DNA of 64,000 bases from an uncultured Verrucomicrobiae bacterium (GTDB lineage: Bacteria > Verrucomicrobiota > Verrucomicrobiia > Chthoniobacterales > JAATET01), in the NCBI GenBank assembly GCA_963719495.1, contig CAVRCI010000002.1:448001-512000 (forward strand), in the 5' to 3' direction. The notes under the pieces were generated by a model, which was not told the DNA's origin, ran no database searches, and worked only from the letters and a program-made list of their open reading frames with translations. Made by a program: the position numbers and the translations under genes. Positions 9,621 to 19,731 of this stretch are shown piece by piece. The stretch's first letter is position 1. Each line of letters starts with the position of its first letter.

Positions 9621-10829
9621 TTAGAGATTGTCGCGGATCGCGCGGAAGACGTCGGTGTTTTCCTTGAGGCCCTGGAGCGCTTCGGAACCGGGTCCGGAGC
9701 TTGTCGCGATGGCGTCGGCGGCTGTGCCGATCGCGGCGGTCGTGGTGACGGCGGCGGGCTCGGATTCCGATCCGGGTCCGGTCGACCAGGTGATGAGGGG
9801 GACCGAATCGGCGTTGACGCCGAGGATCGAGACGCCGCGGTCGTTCTTGAATGGATAGCCGTTGAGGCTGAAGCCGCCGATGGATTGTTTGCCGGCGACG
9901 ATGATGAGGGCTTGGTCGCCGGCGTAGCGCAGGGCGGCTCCGACGGCGCGGTCCAGCTCGACGATTTCCCGGAGCACGCGTTCGCCTTCGTTGTGGTGGG
10001 CGGCTTTGCCGATGAGCCCGGCGTCGACGACGAGGACGTAGCCCTTGGGGTTGTATTGGAGCAGGCTGATTGCGCGGGTCGTCATCTCGGCGAGGGTGGG
10101 TTGCCCGAGACGGACCTGATCTTCGCCCGCGAATTTCAGATTTCCGCGACTGAACATGCCGAAGACTCGGGGAAACTGCCAGGCCGGGGTGCGTTCCAGT
10201 TCGGCTTCCGAATGAACGATATCGTAGCCCTGCTTTCGAATCTCGAGCATGAGATCGCGGCCGTCGGTGCGCGCCCCGTCCTTTGACGTCGGCAGGAAGC
10301 TGGCTTCGCCTCCACCGAGAATGACCGACAGATCGATGTCGTCGACCAGTTGGCGGGCGAGTTCGAGGTGGTCGAGCGGATTGTCGGACTTCGCGTAGAA
10401 GGCGGCGGGGGTCGAGTCGGTGAGCGCGGCGTTCGTGACGAGTCCGGTCGCGCGGCCGGAGCGTTGGGCGAGTTCGAAGAGGGCCGGGAGGGGGTTGCCG
10501 GCGGGATCGATGGCGAGGGTTCGATTGTTGACGCGCTCGCCCGTTGCGAGGGCCGACGCGGCGGAGGCGGCGTCGGGGACGGCGAAGTCGTTTGCGTGGG
10601 TCGAAAGGACGGCGAGGTGCGGGAGGGACTCGAGTCGGAGGCGGCGATCGGCTCCGGCTTCGTAGAGTCGCGCCGCCGGGAGGGTGGAGGTGTTGAGATT
10701 GTCGGCGACGAAGAGAATGATTGCGAACGGGCGCTGAACGACCCAGTTCGTGTAGTAAAGGGCTCCAAGCCCGATGAAGGCGAGGACGCAGGTGAGGGCC
10801 AGGAAGCGGTTGCGGAGTTTCTTCGACAT
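9621..10829 (-). CDS. Alkaline phosphatase family protein
   Basis: IILFVADN, VPDAASAASALATG, TDSTPAAFYA, VILGGG, IGKAAHHNE; some catalytic positions look divergent. Confidence 0.8.
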   Translation of the reverse strand: MSKKLRNRFLALTCVLAFIGLGALYYTNWVVQRPFAIILFVADNLNTSTLPAARLYEAGADRRLRLESLPHLAVLSTHANDFAVPDAASAASALATGERVNNRTLAIDPAGNPLPALFELAQRSGRATGLVTNAALTDSTPAAFYAKSDNPLDHLELARQLVDDIDLSVILGGGEASFLPTSKDGARTDGRDLMLEIRKQGYDIVHSEAELERTPAWQFPRVFGMFSRGNLKFAGEDQVRLGQPTLAEMTTRAISLLQYNPKGYVLVVDAGLIGKAAHHNEGERVLREIVELDRAVGAALRYAGDQALIIVAGKQSIGGFSLNGYPFKNDRGVSILGVNADSVPLITWSTGPGSESEPAAVTTTAAIGTAADAIATSSGPGSEALQGLKENTDVFRAIRDNL

Positions 10830-10938
10830 CGAGCGGGCCGCTATCTATGCCGCACTGGGGAGGAGAGGGAAAGTGGAGTTTTTTTGGGGAAACGGTTTGC
10901 GACGGGCGGAATCGTTGATTATATCAGGGTTTGAAGTT

Positions 10939-11012
10939 TGCCCTGTGGTGTAATGGTAACACAGCGCCCTTTGGAGGCGTTATTCATGGTTCGAGTCCAT
11001 GCGGGGCAGCCA
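10939..11012 (+). tRNA. tRNA-Gln (anticodon TTG)
   Basis: Cloverleaf: acceptor TGCCCTG/CGGGGCA, anticodon arm GCGCC-CTTTGGA-GGCGT, T arm CATGG-TTCGAGT-CCATG, encoded CCA. Confidence 0.95.
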
Positions 11013-11116
11013 CTCTCCGACCGAGCAAAAGTTTTTCGATTGGTTGGTGCGATTTCCGACGTTTGCGCGGGCCGGAGATTCGAAAAGCGGCCCGGGATGG
11101 GACCGTTGATTGGTTT

Positions 11117-11191
11117 TGGAGCCGGTAGTCGGATTTGAACCGACGACCTGTCGCTTACGAAGCGAATGCTCTACCACTGAGCTATACCGGC
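11117..11191 (-). tRNA. tRNA-Thr (anticodon CGT)
   Basis: Minus strand GCCGGTA..GCTC-AGTGGTA-GAGC..TTCGTAA loop..GTCGG-TTCAAAT-CCGAC-TACCGGC-TCCA. Confidence 0.95.
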
Positions 11192-11257
11192 GTGTTTCGG
11201 GAGCGCGGAATTTACGTCCCGGCGCCGGGCGAAGTCAAGGGCGCGCTCGGCACGCGG

Positions 11258-11512
11258 TCACGCTTGTTGCTTCTTCACGTATTCGACGGCTTTCGTGATC
11301 CCGAAGACGAGCAGGGCCGGCTTGATCGACCAAAGGACGAGTCGAATGAGGAGGATCAGGATCCCGAAGAGCGGAAGGCGGCTGAGCACGAGGCCGGCAC
11401 CCGTGCCGATGAGGACGGCCTTGAGCGGTTCCTCGCGGATTTTGGTTTCGGCATCGGCGACACCTCGGTCGATGCGGGCTTTGAACGTCTCGTTTGTATT
11501 GTTGGTTTCCAT
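11258..11512 (-). CDS. Small membrane protein (ElaB/YqjD-like C-terminal motif)
   Basis: IREEPLKAVLIGTGAGLVL followed by hydrophobic helices. Confidence 0.6.
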   Translation of the reverse strand: METNNTNETFKARIDRGVADAETKIREEPLKAVLIGTGAGLVLSRLPLFGILILLIRLVLWSIKPALLVFGITKAVEYVKKQQA

Positions 11513-11635
11513 GATTGTCAGAGGTTGGGCTGTGGTGTTTTAAGAGTGCGTTTGTAGGCGAGTCGAGTCGGTTCGAAAAGTGAGAACACGGGAAGATGCG
11601 GCGACATTCGTTGAAGGAGTTGAACGAGTGCGCGA

Positions 11636-11791
11636 TCAGCGCCGTTTGGTAATGAGCGAAATGATGAAAAGAATGACGAATATGACGACGAGGATCTGGG
11701 CGATCCAGGCCGAGGTGCCGGCGATCCCGCTGAAACCGAGGACGGCGGCGATGATTGCGACGATGAGAAAGGTGATGGCCCAGCTTAACAT
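11636..11791 (-). CDS. DUF1328 family small membrane protein
   Basis: [42 protein letters not shown] matches the family pattern. Confidence 0.9.
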   Translation of the reverse strand: MLSWAITFLIVAIIAAVLGFSGIAGTSAWIAQILVVIFVILFIISLITKRR

Positions 11792-11873
11792 GATGCGTGA
11801 TTGGTTCGGTCGCGTGGTCGAGTCGGTCGGGATGCGCTCCCAGCGATACCATCGGTTGGCGATTGGGCGCTGG

Positions 11874-12554
11874 ATGGGTCGGGTGGGTGGCTTTGTGATG
11901 ATCGCCGCTTGTGCGGTGACTTCGGCGCGAGCGGAGGATGAGAAGAATACGGCGGTGACGACCGCGCTCACCGCGGCGGAGTTGACCGATTTCGACGCGA
12001 ATCCCGAGCCGGTGAAGACGTTCCTCACTTCGGCGCTCGCTCTCACGGCCCGCGGATTGGGTTACCAATATGGCTCGGCCGATCCCGAGAAGGGAGGGAT
12101 GGATTGCTCGGGAACGATTTATTTTCTCCTGCGAGACGCTGGATTCGACGACGTCCCGCGGACGGCGAGTCGGCAATACGTGTGGGCGCGCAAGGCGGAC
12201 GAATTCGAGGCCGTGGTGAGTCGCAGCAAGGAGAGTTTCGAATTGGACGACCTCGAGCCGGGCGACCTGCTTTTCTGGACGGGCACGTATTCGACGGACC
12301 GGGATCCACCGGTCACGCATTCGATGATTTATCTGGGAACGGCGAAGTCCGACGGAAAGATGCTGATGTTCGGCGCGAGCGACGGGCGAAGCTATCGAGG
12401 AACCAAGCAGTCCGGCGTGAGCGTTTTCGATTTCAAAATCCCGCAGGGAAAACCCGATTCCTATTCGCCGGGTGCGCGGTTCGTTGGCTACGCGCGGATT
12501 CCGGGAATGGATGACCGGATCGCCGCGGCGGCTGATGAAAAAGCGGCGGACTGA
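11874..12554 (+). CDS. NlpC/P60 (C40) cell-wall peptidase, secreted
   Basis: [25 protein letters not shown], catalytic His in THSMIYLG; signal peptide. Confidence 0.87.
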   Translation: MGRVGGFVMIAACAVTSARAEDEKNTAVTTALTAAELTDFDANPEPVKTFLTSALALTARGLGYQYGSADPEKGGMDCSGTIYFLLRDAGFDDVPRTASRQYVWARKADEFEAVVSRSKESFELDDLEPGDLLFWTGTYSTDRDPPVTHSMIYLGTAKSDGKMLMFGASDGRSYRGTKQSGVSVFDFKIPQGKPDSYSPGARFVGYARIPGMDDRIAAAADEKAAD

Positions 12555-12600
12555 CGGTGAGAGATGGCGAATCCGGGATTTGCGCGCTAGGAATGACCGG

Positions 12601-13386
12601 ATGAACCAAAAGATCCGAGCGACCGTCTGGAATGAATTCGTTCACGAGCGAGCGAACGCCGTCGTGAAGAAAATCTACCCGGAGGGCATTCATCGCTGCA
12701 TCGCGGATGGGCTGGCGGAAGACCCTGGCATCGACGTGCGGTGTGCGACGCTCGATGAGCCCGAGCATGGGCTTACGGACGAGGTGCTGGCGGAGACCGA
12801 TGTCCTGCTGTGGTGGGGGCATTGTGCTCACGGCAAAGTGGACGACGCGATCGTGCACCGGGTTCAGAAGCGGGTCCTGGAGGGAATGGGTCTCCTTGTT
12901 CTGCATTCCGGGCATTACTCGAAGATTTTCAAGCGTTTGATGGGCACGACCTGTTCGTTGACCTGGCGGGAAGCTGGCGAGAAGGAGCGGCTCTGGGTCT
13001 GCAATCCGGGGCATCCGATTGCTCAGGGGATCGACCGCTGCATCGAGATCCCGCACGCGGAGATGTACGGGGAACCCTTCGGCGTGCCGACTGCCGACGA
13101 AACGGTGTTCGTTTCGTGGTTCGAGGGGGGTGAGGTCTTCCGCTCGGGTCTGACCTGGCGGCGGGGGAACGGGAAGATTTTCTACTTCCGGCCGGGGCAC
13201 GAGACGTATCCGGTTTATTACCAGTCGGAGGTGAAGCGGGTGCTGAAAAACGCGGTGCGGTGGGCGGTGCCCGAGGGAAGTGCGTGGGTGGACTCCTGCC
13301 CGAACGTGCCGGTTGAGGAAGCTTGTGAGCCGCTCACGGCTTCGGGTGAGGGGTTGCACCAAGCGGGGGAAGCGGGGTTTCGGTGA
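12601..13386 (+). CDS. ThuA domain (trehalose utilisation-like) protein
   Basis: [47 protein letters not shown]. Confidence 0.9.
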   Translation: MNQKIRATVWNEFVHERANAVVKKIYPEGIHRCIADGLAEDPGIDVRCATLDEPEHGLTDEVLAETDVLLWWGHCAHGKVDDAIVHRVQKRVLEGMGLLVLHSGHYSKIFKRLMGTTCSLTWREAGEKERLWVCNPGHPIAQGIDRCIEIPHAEMYGEPFGVPTADETVFVSWFEGGEVFRSGLTWRRGNGKIFYFRPGHETYPVYYQSEVKRVLKNAVRWAVPEGSAWVDSCPNVPVEEACEPLTASGEGLHQAGEAGFR

Positions 13387-13515
13387 GGTTTTGTTGAACA
13401 GAAGGTCGCGAAGATCGCAAAGGAATACAGAAGAAATGCCCTTCTGAAGGGGATGAGGCCGGGGCTTTGTCCCGGATAAAACCCCCTTGCGAACTTTGCG
13501 CTCTTGGGTTCAAGC

Positions 13516-15009
13516 TCATGGTATTGACGCTTGTTCCGGGGGTTCGCTGGGTTGCCAGGAGTCGCGGGCGGGGGGGAGGTTTTGGTTGCCGCGGAGCGAA
13601 ACGAGGAAGGCGACGAGGGCGGTGGTTTCGTCCGGGTCGAGATTTTTGCCGTAGGCGGGCATATTGCCGCCACCCTGGAGGACCTGGCGGGTCAGCTGGG
13701 GGTCGGTGAGCCGGGTGCCGACGGAGGCGAGGTCGGGACCGCGGTGTCCGCCGACGCCGTCGATCGCGTGGCAGGCGCGGCATTGTTTGTATTGAAAGAC
13801 GTTGGCACCGGCTAGCTCGAGGGCGGAGCGGTCTTCGAGAAATTGCGGGGGAATCGGGTCGCTGGACCAGGCGTCCATTTCCGGTGACCAGGGAGAGGTT
13901 TTTCCCAGATAGGTGAGAAGTCCGAGGGTGAGATAGGTGAGGACGACGGTGATGACGGCGACGGGGCGGCGGCGCCAGTGTTTTTCGCCGGTGCCGCAGA
14001 CGAAGGGGAGGGCGAAGAGGACGGCGATGACGACCGGAGCGCCCCCGAGGAGAACGATGGACTCGAGGTTTTCCGGCAGGAGCGCCGCGATGGCGAAGAC
14101 CCAGAGGAAGAAGAAATCCGGACGCGGCAGCGTGTCGATGAGCGTGGGATCGGGCGGGCCGGATGGTCCCTTCGGTCCGAAGAGGACGGCGGCGAGGAAG
14201 ATGCCGAAAACGACGACCGCTCCGGCGATGAGGTCTTTGTCGACGGCCTTCGGGAAGAAGGGGACGCCCTCCTTTTTCAGGATGTCCTTGTAGTGCTGGT
14301 CGTAGGTGGCCTTTTTGACGAGCACGCCGGGGGTCGGGTATTCGTTGATGCCTTTGGTCAGCACCATGCGGAGGTGCAGGCTGATGAGGGCGATGATCGT
14401 GCCCGGGATCAGAAAGACGTGGAGACTGAAAAAGCGCGAGAGCGTCTCGCTGGCGATGATGGGGCCACCGAGAATGAGGTGGACGAGACCCTCTCCGACG
14501 AACGGGACGCGCCCGGCGATGGCGGCACCGATGCCGAGGCCCCAGTAGGCGTCTTCGTCGAATCGCAGAACCTGGCCGGTGAAGGCCATACCGAGAACGA
14601 GGAAAAGGAGGATGCAGCCCGAGAGCCAGGTGATCTCGCGGGGGTATTTGAAGGCGCCCCACAAGTAAACCTGCGTCATGTGCAGGATCATGATGGCGAC
14701 CATGAAATTGGATCCCCAATTGTGGACGGCGCGGAGGAACCAACCCAGTTCCTGCTCGTAGGTGAGGTAGTTCAGGGTATTCCAGGCCTCGGCTCCCGAG
14801 GGAACGTAGACGAACGCCAGAAGGGTCCCGGTGAGAACCTGAATGATGAAGCAAACGAGCGTGGCGCTGCCGAAGACGTAGAACCAACTGCCGGCGCTCT
14901 GCGGCACGTGGTGGCCGGCGGTTGCCTCCCAGAGCTTGGTCACGTGCAGCCGGTCGTCGACCCAATTGTAGAGGTCGAGGGCCGGTTTGGTGAGGCGCTT
15001 CGGGTTCAT
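13516..15009 (-). CDS. Cytochrome b of a bc complex (cyt b + subunit IV) fused to a C-terminal cytochrome c
   Basis: RAVHNWGS, ILHMTQV, FFSLHVFLIP..LHL; PDFF at the PEWY position; C-terminal CRACH. Confidence 0.9.
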   Translation of the reverse strand: MNPKRLTKPALDLYNWVDDRLHVTKLWEATAGHHVPQSAGSWFYVFGSATLVCFIIQVLTGTLLAFVYVPSGAEAWNTLNYLTYEQELGWFLRAVHNWGSNFMVAIMILHMTQVYLWGAFKYPREITWLSGCILLFLVLGMAFTGQVLRFDEDAYWGLGIGAAIAGRVPFVGEGLVHLILGGPIIASETLSRFFSLHVFLIPGTIIALISLHLRMVLTKGINEYPTPGVLVKKATYDQHYKDILKKEGVPFFPKAVDKDLIAGAVVVFGIFLAAVLFGPKGPSGPPDPTLIDTLPRPDFFFLWVFAIAALLPENLESIVLLGGAPVVIAVLFALPFVCGTGEKHWRRRPVAVITVVLTYLTLGLLTYLGKTSPWSPEMDAWSSDPIPPQFLEDRSALELAGANVFQYKQCRACHAIDGVGGHRGPDLASVGTRLTDPQLTRQVLQGGGNMPAYGKNLDPDETTALVAFLVSLRGNQNLPPARDSWQPSEPPEQASIP

Positions 15010-15044
15010 TTCCGTGAGTGATTGGTGACTGAGTGAAAGTGGAT

Positions 15045-15653
15045 TTAGACGTTCGTGTTCGCCAGGGTCGGGAGGACGCCGCCTTTCACCCAGAGGGCGT
15101 TGGATTCGACCTTGTATTCGTATTCGTAGAGGCCGCGCGGGGGTGGGCCGGCGGCGTAGGAGCCGTCCTGGTAGTAGGCGCCGCCGTGGCAGGGACAGAG
15201 GAAGAGTTTGGATTCCTCGAACCAGCGGACCGGACACCCGAGGTGCGCGCAGTTGATGGCGAAGACCTGGAATTTCTCCTCGCCGTTTTCCTCGAAGTGG
15301 CGGACCCAGCAGGGGAGATCGGCGGTCTCGCCGTCCCAAGTGCGGGAATTCGGATTGCGGTAGCTGGCCAGACGCGTGGTCTCGAGTGGGAATTTGTCGA
15401 GCGTGCCGAGCTTGATCCATTCGAGCGGCATTTTTTTGGCGAAAGCCGAGAGCGCGTAACCGAGGATGGGGACGCCGATCATGGTGCCGGCGACGACGTT
15501 GAGGCCGACGCCGATTTTCAGCATGAGATTACGGCGGGTGGTTTTTTCGGGTCCGAGCGGGCCGGGCGGCGTCGATTCGCAGCGGGTTGGCGCGTCCGGG
15601 GTGGTGGCTTCCGGTGGAGCCGTGGGTGTCTTCGGATCGGTGTCGTCGGTCAT
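15045..15653 (-). CDS. Rieske 2Fe-2S subunit of a cytochrome bc complex
   Basis: Tat-like TRRNLM + TM helix; CAHLGC and CPCHGG; GPPPRGL. Confidence 0.93.
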   Translation of the reverse strand: MTDDTDPKTPTAPPEATTPDAPTRCESTPPGPLGPEKTTRRNLMLKIGVGLNVVAGTMIGVPILGYALSAFAKKMPLEWIKLGTLDKFPLETTRLASYRNPNSRTWDGETADLPCWVRHFEENGEEKFQVFAINCAHLGCPVRWFEESKLFLCPCHGGAYYQDGSYAAGPPPRGLYEYEYKVESNALWVKGGVLPTLANTNV

Positions 15654-16480
15654 GGCTGAAGTGCGGCTTCGCCGTTGGTTTGATTCGGCCGCCGGAGCGG
15701 AGCGGAGGTCGGCGAAGGTGATTCCAAATCGCCGCTCCTTGAAGGGGTTTGGACGGTCGGGGATGGTGACGTTCTTCGGTGCGAGGCTAACCAGGCGACG
15801 ATGTCCGCAACTTCGGGGTCGGCGAGATTGGTGGGGGGCATTCCGAGGTGCGGGCGGCCGACGACGGTGACCGTGCGGAGGTATTGATCGCTGACCAGGC
15901 CGAGATACGCGGTCGCGAGAACGGAACTTGCGGTGCCCCCGAGGCCATCGGCTCCGTGGCAGCTGGCGCAGTGGGTCGAGTAGGCGGTCGCGCCGGCGGC
16001 GGGGTCGCCGAGGGCGGCTTCGTAAGCGGGGAGGTTGGCGGGGGGAGCTCCCGTCTTCCAGGCCGAGATGCCGGTCACGAGGGAATCGATCTGCTCATCG
16101 GTGAGGCTCCCTCCCGCGGCGGGCGCGAATCCCGGCATGGGAGCGCCGGGGACACCGTGGACGATCACGGACCGAAGTTTCCCGGTCGGGATGAAGTGCA
16201 GGTAGCGCGGGAAGTTCATCGGGATCGAGGCGGAGGGCGTGTCGTTCTCGCTGTGGCAGGCGAGGCAATTTTCCCGGTAGAGCTCGGAGAAATCGGTGAC
16301 CGCCGACTCCGGCTGCCAGCGTTCGCTCTCCTTCGGATAGCCGGGCATCCAGTCGCAGGACGTGAGGAGAGTGAGGCTGGCCAACGCAACGACGACGGCT
16401 CGGTGGCGCCTTGTCGTCGTGGATTCGGCGGGACGCCCCATCCCGCACGCGGGGACGCGTGCGCTCCCCGAGTTTTTCAT
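15650..16480 (-). CDS. Di-heme c-type cytochrome, probable lipoprotein
   Basis: LTSC lipobox-like; CLACH and CASCH heme motifs with downstream MP ligands. Confidence 0.85.
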   Translation of the reverse strand: MKNSGSARVPACGMGRPAESTTTRRHRAVVVALASLTLLTSCDWMPGYPKESERWQPESAVTDFSELYRENCLACHSENDTPSASIPMNFPRYLHFIPTGKLRSVIVHGVPGAPMPGFAPAAGGSLTDEQIDSLVTGISAWKTGAPPANLPAYEAALGDPAAGATAYSTHCASCHGADGLGGTASSVLATAYLGLVSDQYLRTVTVVGRPHLGMPPTNLADPEVADIVAWLASHRRTSPSPTVQTPSRSGDLESPSPTSAPLRRPNQTNGEAALQP

Positions 16481-17307
16481 CGGTCCTCCTTTTCCTGGGC
16501 TTCGACACCGAGGCGTTCGGCGAGGCTCCAGCTTTGCATCGTGTCGATCTTGCCGCTTTTGAAGACGACGAAACCTCCCACCATACCGAAGGCGACCTGA
16601 CAGACCACGAACCACGGCCAATCGATGCGGGCGGCGAGGGCGGGGTCGATGATGCCGATGACGGGGTAGAGCATCCCGGTCCAAATGAGCGGCATGATGA
16701 TGCCACCCCAGAACCACTGGAATTTGTCGGGCAGCATCGGAAGGATGGTCGTGTAGAGGAGGCCAATGAGGATCGAGATCGAACCGTGCGCGATGATGGC
16801 GACGACGAGACCGATGAGACTGAAACTTCGGAGCGTTTCGAGATCGGCGTTGGCCAGTGTGCTGACGCCGGCGGCGGCGAGAAGATTGATCGGATACCAG
16901 ATGCTGCCCTCCCAGATGATGCCGTAAAGCATCGCCAGCACGGCCATGACGGCTCCACCGACGAGACCGCCGAAAGCACCCGCGGTGTAGGGATGAACCT
17001 CGACCGGGATCCGCGCCCGGTGCCCCATTTTACCAACCCGAAGGTGACCCACGGAGCGTCCGGAAGTCTTGATGGCAGCCGGGCGTTCGCCGGGAGGCCG
17101 GATCGGGACGGCTTCGTGCCGAGAGTAAGGGAGGCACTCGCGGAACCAGCCGACCGCGGCGAAGAGTCCGCAGATCAGGCCGATCCCGCTGACAAACAGG
17201 TTCGTCACGAGGCCGGCAAAGATGAGGGCAAGGCCGAAGGCCGCGACCAGCGGCCAGGCCGTCGGCGTGGGGAGCTCGATTTGGTTGGGATCGTTGTGGT
17301 CGTCCAT
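16477..17307 (-). CDS. Multi-pass membrane protein of the oxidase operon (subunit-4-like)
   Basis: ELPTPTAWPLVAAFG start, several TM helices, translationally coupled between cox genes and cytochrome c. Confidence 0.7.
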   Translation of the reverse strand: MDDHNDPNQIELPTPTAWPLVAAFGLALIFAGLVTNLFVSGIGLICGLFAAVGWFRECLPYSRHEAVPIRPPGERPAAIKTSGRSVGHLRVGKMGHRARIPVEVHPYTAGAFGGLVGGAVMAVLAMLYGIIWEGSIWYPINLLAAAGVSTLANADLETLRSFSLIGLVVAIIAHGSISILIGLLYTTILPMLPDKFQWFWGGIIMPLIWTGMLYPVIGIIDPALAARIDWPWFVVCQVAFGMVGGFVVFKSGKIDTMQSWSLAERLGVEAQEKEDR

Positions 17308-17308
17308 A

Positions 17309-17944
17309 TCAGAAGGGGATCAGGCCCGCGCTGACCACGTAGACGACCAGGAGGACGACGGCCCAGATGGCGTCGACGAAGTGCCAATACCAGGAAATCA
17401 TTTGAACGCGCTCGAATTGGTCGGGTTTGACGTGGCCGAGCATGCTGAGAATCCACACGAGGCTGAGCAGGATGAGCCCGACGATGACGTGAAACGCGTG
17501 GAGACCGACGAGCGCGTAGAAGGTCGAACCGAACACGTTTGATTGAATCGTGAGCCCGTCGTGGACGATGAGCGTGCGCCACTCGAAGGCGGTGAAACCG
17601 ATGAAGAAGAAACCGAGCAGGCAGGTGACACCCCACCAGAGGTGAAAGGCTCCGGGCGCGCCCCGATGGAAGGCCCGCTCGGCGACGACGACCGTGAAGC
17701 TGCTCCCGAAGAGCGCGATGCTGGCGAGGATGGGGAATTTCAGAACGTCGACCGCGTAGGGTCCGTTCAGGCTCTTCCCGATGTAGAAAAGGTAGGCGAC
17801 GACGAAGATCGTGAAGAGCGCGCTTTCCGTGAAGATGAGCGCCGCGATGCCGACCTTCCGGATGGAAGGCAGCGTCCAGGGATGCAGATCCTCCGGCGGC
17901 ACCGGATCGTTGATCATGAGATCGTCGGTGGACGAGTCAGTCAT
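17309..17944 (-). CDS. ctaE: Cytochrome c oxidase subunit III
   Basis: FGSTFYALVGLHAFHVIVG, WYWHFVDAIW. Confidence 0.93.
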   Translation of the reverse strand: MTDSSTDDLMINDPVPPEDLHPWTLPSIRKVGIAALIFTESALFTIFVVAYLFYIGKSLNGPYAVDVLKFPILASIALFGSSFTVVVAERAFHRGAPGAFHLWWGVTCLLGFFFIGFTAFEWRTLIVHDGLTIQSNVFGSTFYALVGLHAFHVIVGLILLSLVWILSMLGHVKPDQFERVQMISWYWHFVDAIWAVVLLVVYVVSAGLIPF

Positions 17945-19631
17945 ACTTCCAATCGGGGTCCTCCGGGTGTTTGAGATCCCACAGCGGGCGGCGGGACCGC
18001 ACGACGGGGAGTTTTTCGAAATTGTATTCGGCCGGTGGCGAGGTCGTCGTCCATTCCAGCGTCCAGGCGTCCCACGGGTCGTCGCCCGCGGGTTTGCCCT
18101 TGAAGTAGGACCACACGAGATTCACCACGAAAGCGAGAATGCCGCCCGCTTGGAAGGCGACGCCAATGGTCGAAATCAAGTTCCAAATTTCCCACCCACG
18201 CCCCGGTTCGTAGGTAAAAATCCGGCGCGGCATCCCGAGGATGCCGGAGACGTGCTGCGGCGCGAAGGTGACCGTGAACCCGATGATGAAGAGCCAGAAA
18301 TGCCAGTGGCCCAGGCGGACGTCCAGCATTCGGCCGAAAGCCTTGGGATACCAATAGTAGATGCCCGCAAAGATCGTGAAGAGCAGGCCGCCGATCAGGA
18401 CGTAATGGAAGTGGGCGACCACGAAATACGAGTCGCTGAGCTGCCAATCGAACGGGGCCACGGCCAGCATCACGCCGGTGAGGCCCGCGATCAGAAATTG
18501 GAACAAAAACGCGATGCAGAACATCATCGGCAATTCCAGCCGCAGCTTGCCGCCGTACATCGTGCCGAGCCAATTGAAGATTTTGATGCCGGTCGGAACG
18601 GCAATGATCATCGTCGAAATCGCGAAGAACGTGTTGCCGAGCGACGTCATCCCGACCGTGAACATGTGGTGGGCCCAGACCCCCAGGCTGATGAACGCGA
18701 TCATCACCGTGGCGGCGACCATGATGGGATAGCCGAAAATGGGTTTCCGCGAGAAGACGGGGATGATTTCCGACGCCATCGCGAAACCAGGTAGGATCAG
18801 GATGTAAACCTCGGGGTGTCCGAAGATCCAAAAAAAGTGCTGCCAAAGAACGGCCGATCCACCCGCCTGCGTGTCGAAGAATTTCGCGCCGAGGTAGCGG
18901 TCGAGCGACAGCATGATCTGGCACGCTGAGAGCGATGGCATCGCGATCAGAATGAGGAACGCGGTCACGAACAACAGCCAAACGAAGAGCGGCATCCGGC
19001 CCAGCGTCATTCCCTTGCAGCGGAGGCAAATGATCGTGACGACGATGTTGAGCGACGTCGCGATGCTGCCGATGCCGCTCAGGAGCAGACTCAGCGTCCA
19101 ATAATCCGTCGAATGGCCGCGGGAAAACGCCTTGGCGGTGAGCGGCGAATAAGCGAACCAGCCGACGTCCGGGGCGGAACCCGCCCCGTAAAGTCCCTGC
19201 GCGCCGAGGTAGCTGAAGTAGAACAACGCGCCCGAGAACGCGAAGACCCAGAAGCCAAAAGCGTTCAAGCGGGGGAACGCCATGTCGCGGGCCCCGATCA
19301 TGAGCGGAACGAGGTAGTTGCCGAGACCGATGATGATGGGCATGCCGACGAAGAAGACCATCGCCGTGCCGTGCATCGTGAAGAGGCGATTGAAGACGTC
19401 GGGCTCGACGAAGTCGTTCTTGGGAACCGCCAGTTGGATGCGGATGGCGGCCGCCATGAGCCCGGCGACCACGAAAAAGAAGAGGCCCATGCCGATGTAC
19501 ATCAACCCGATTTTCTTGTGATCGACGGTGTAAAGCAGCGATTGGAAGATGCTCGTGAGCGCGCCGGGTTCCTCGCCGGGGCGCGCGGGTGCGATGGGGA
19601 TTTCGCGGGTGGTCGTGGTTGCGCTTGGCAC
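17937..19631 (-). CDS. ctaD: Cytochrome c oxidase subunit I (A1-type)
   Basis: TVDHKKIG, FTMHG, DMAFPRLN, FGHPEVY, WAHHMF, PTGIKIF, AHFHYV. Confidence 0.96.
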   Translation of the reverse strand: MPSATTTTREIPIAPARPGEEPGALTSIFQSLLYTVDHKKIGLMYIGMGLFFFVVAGLMAAAIRIQLAVPKNDFVEPDVFNRLFTMHGTAMVFFVGMPIIIGLGNYLVPLMIGARDMAFPRLNAFGFWVFAFSGALFYFSYLGAQGLYGAGSAPDVGWFAYSPLTAKAFSRGHSTDYWTLSLLLSGIGSIATSLNIVVTIICLRCKGMTLGRMPLFVWLLFVTAFLILIAMPSLSACQIMLSLDRYLGAKFFDTQAGGSAVLWQHFFWIFGHPEVYILILPGFAMASEIIPVFSRKPIFGYPIMVAATVMIAFISLGVWAHHMFTVGMTSLGNTFFAISTMIIAVPTGIKIFNWLGTMYGGKLRLELPMMFCIAFLFQFLIAGLTGVMLAVAPFDWQLSDSYFVVAHFHYVLIGGLLFTIFAGIYYWYPKAFGRMLDVRLGHWHFWLFIIGFTVTFAPQHVSGILGMPRRIFTYEPGRGWEIWNLISTIGVAFQAGGILAFVVNLVWSYFKGKPAGDDPWDAWTLEWTTTSPPAEYNFEKLPVVRSRRPLWDLKHPEDPDWKYD

Positions 19632-19731
19632 TGAGTTGAGAGTTGAAGGGTTGGCTTGGAAGGCTTGGATTACTGGGGGTTCCCGGCGTTGCCGAACTTC
19701 GGCGGCTGGAAGCCGATGCTCCTTGGAGTCA

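Noticed and set aside
10931..11298. Short ORFs over the tRNA genes
   Set aside because: They are translations of tRNA-Gln and tRNA-Thr sequence
11580..11873. N-terminal extension of the NlpC/P60 ORF
   Set aside because: It overlaps the DUF1328 gene on the opposite strand; the signal peptide begins near 11874
13516..15420. Rieske-cytochrome b fusion
   Set aside because: The extension overlaps the Rieske gene out of frame; cyt b starts at 15009
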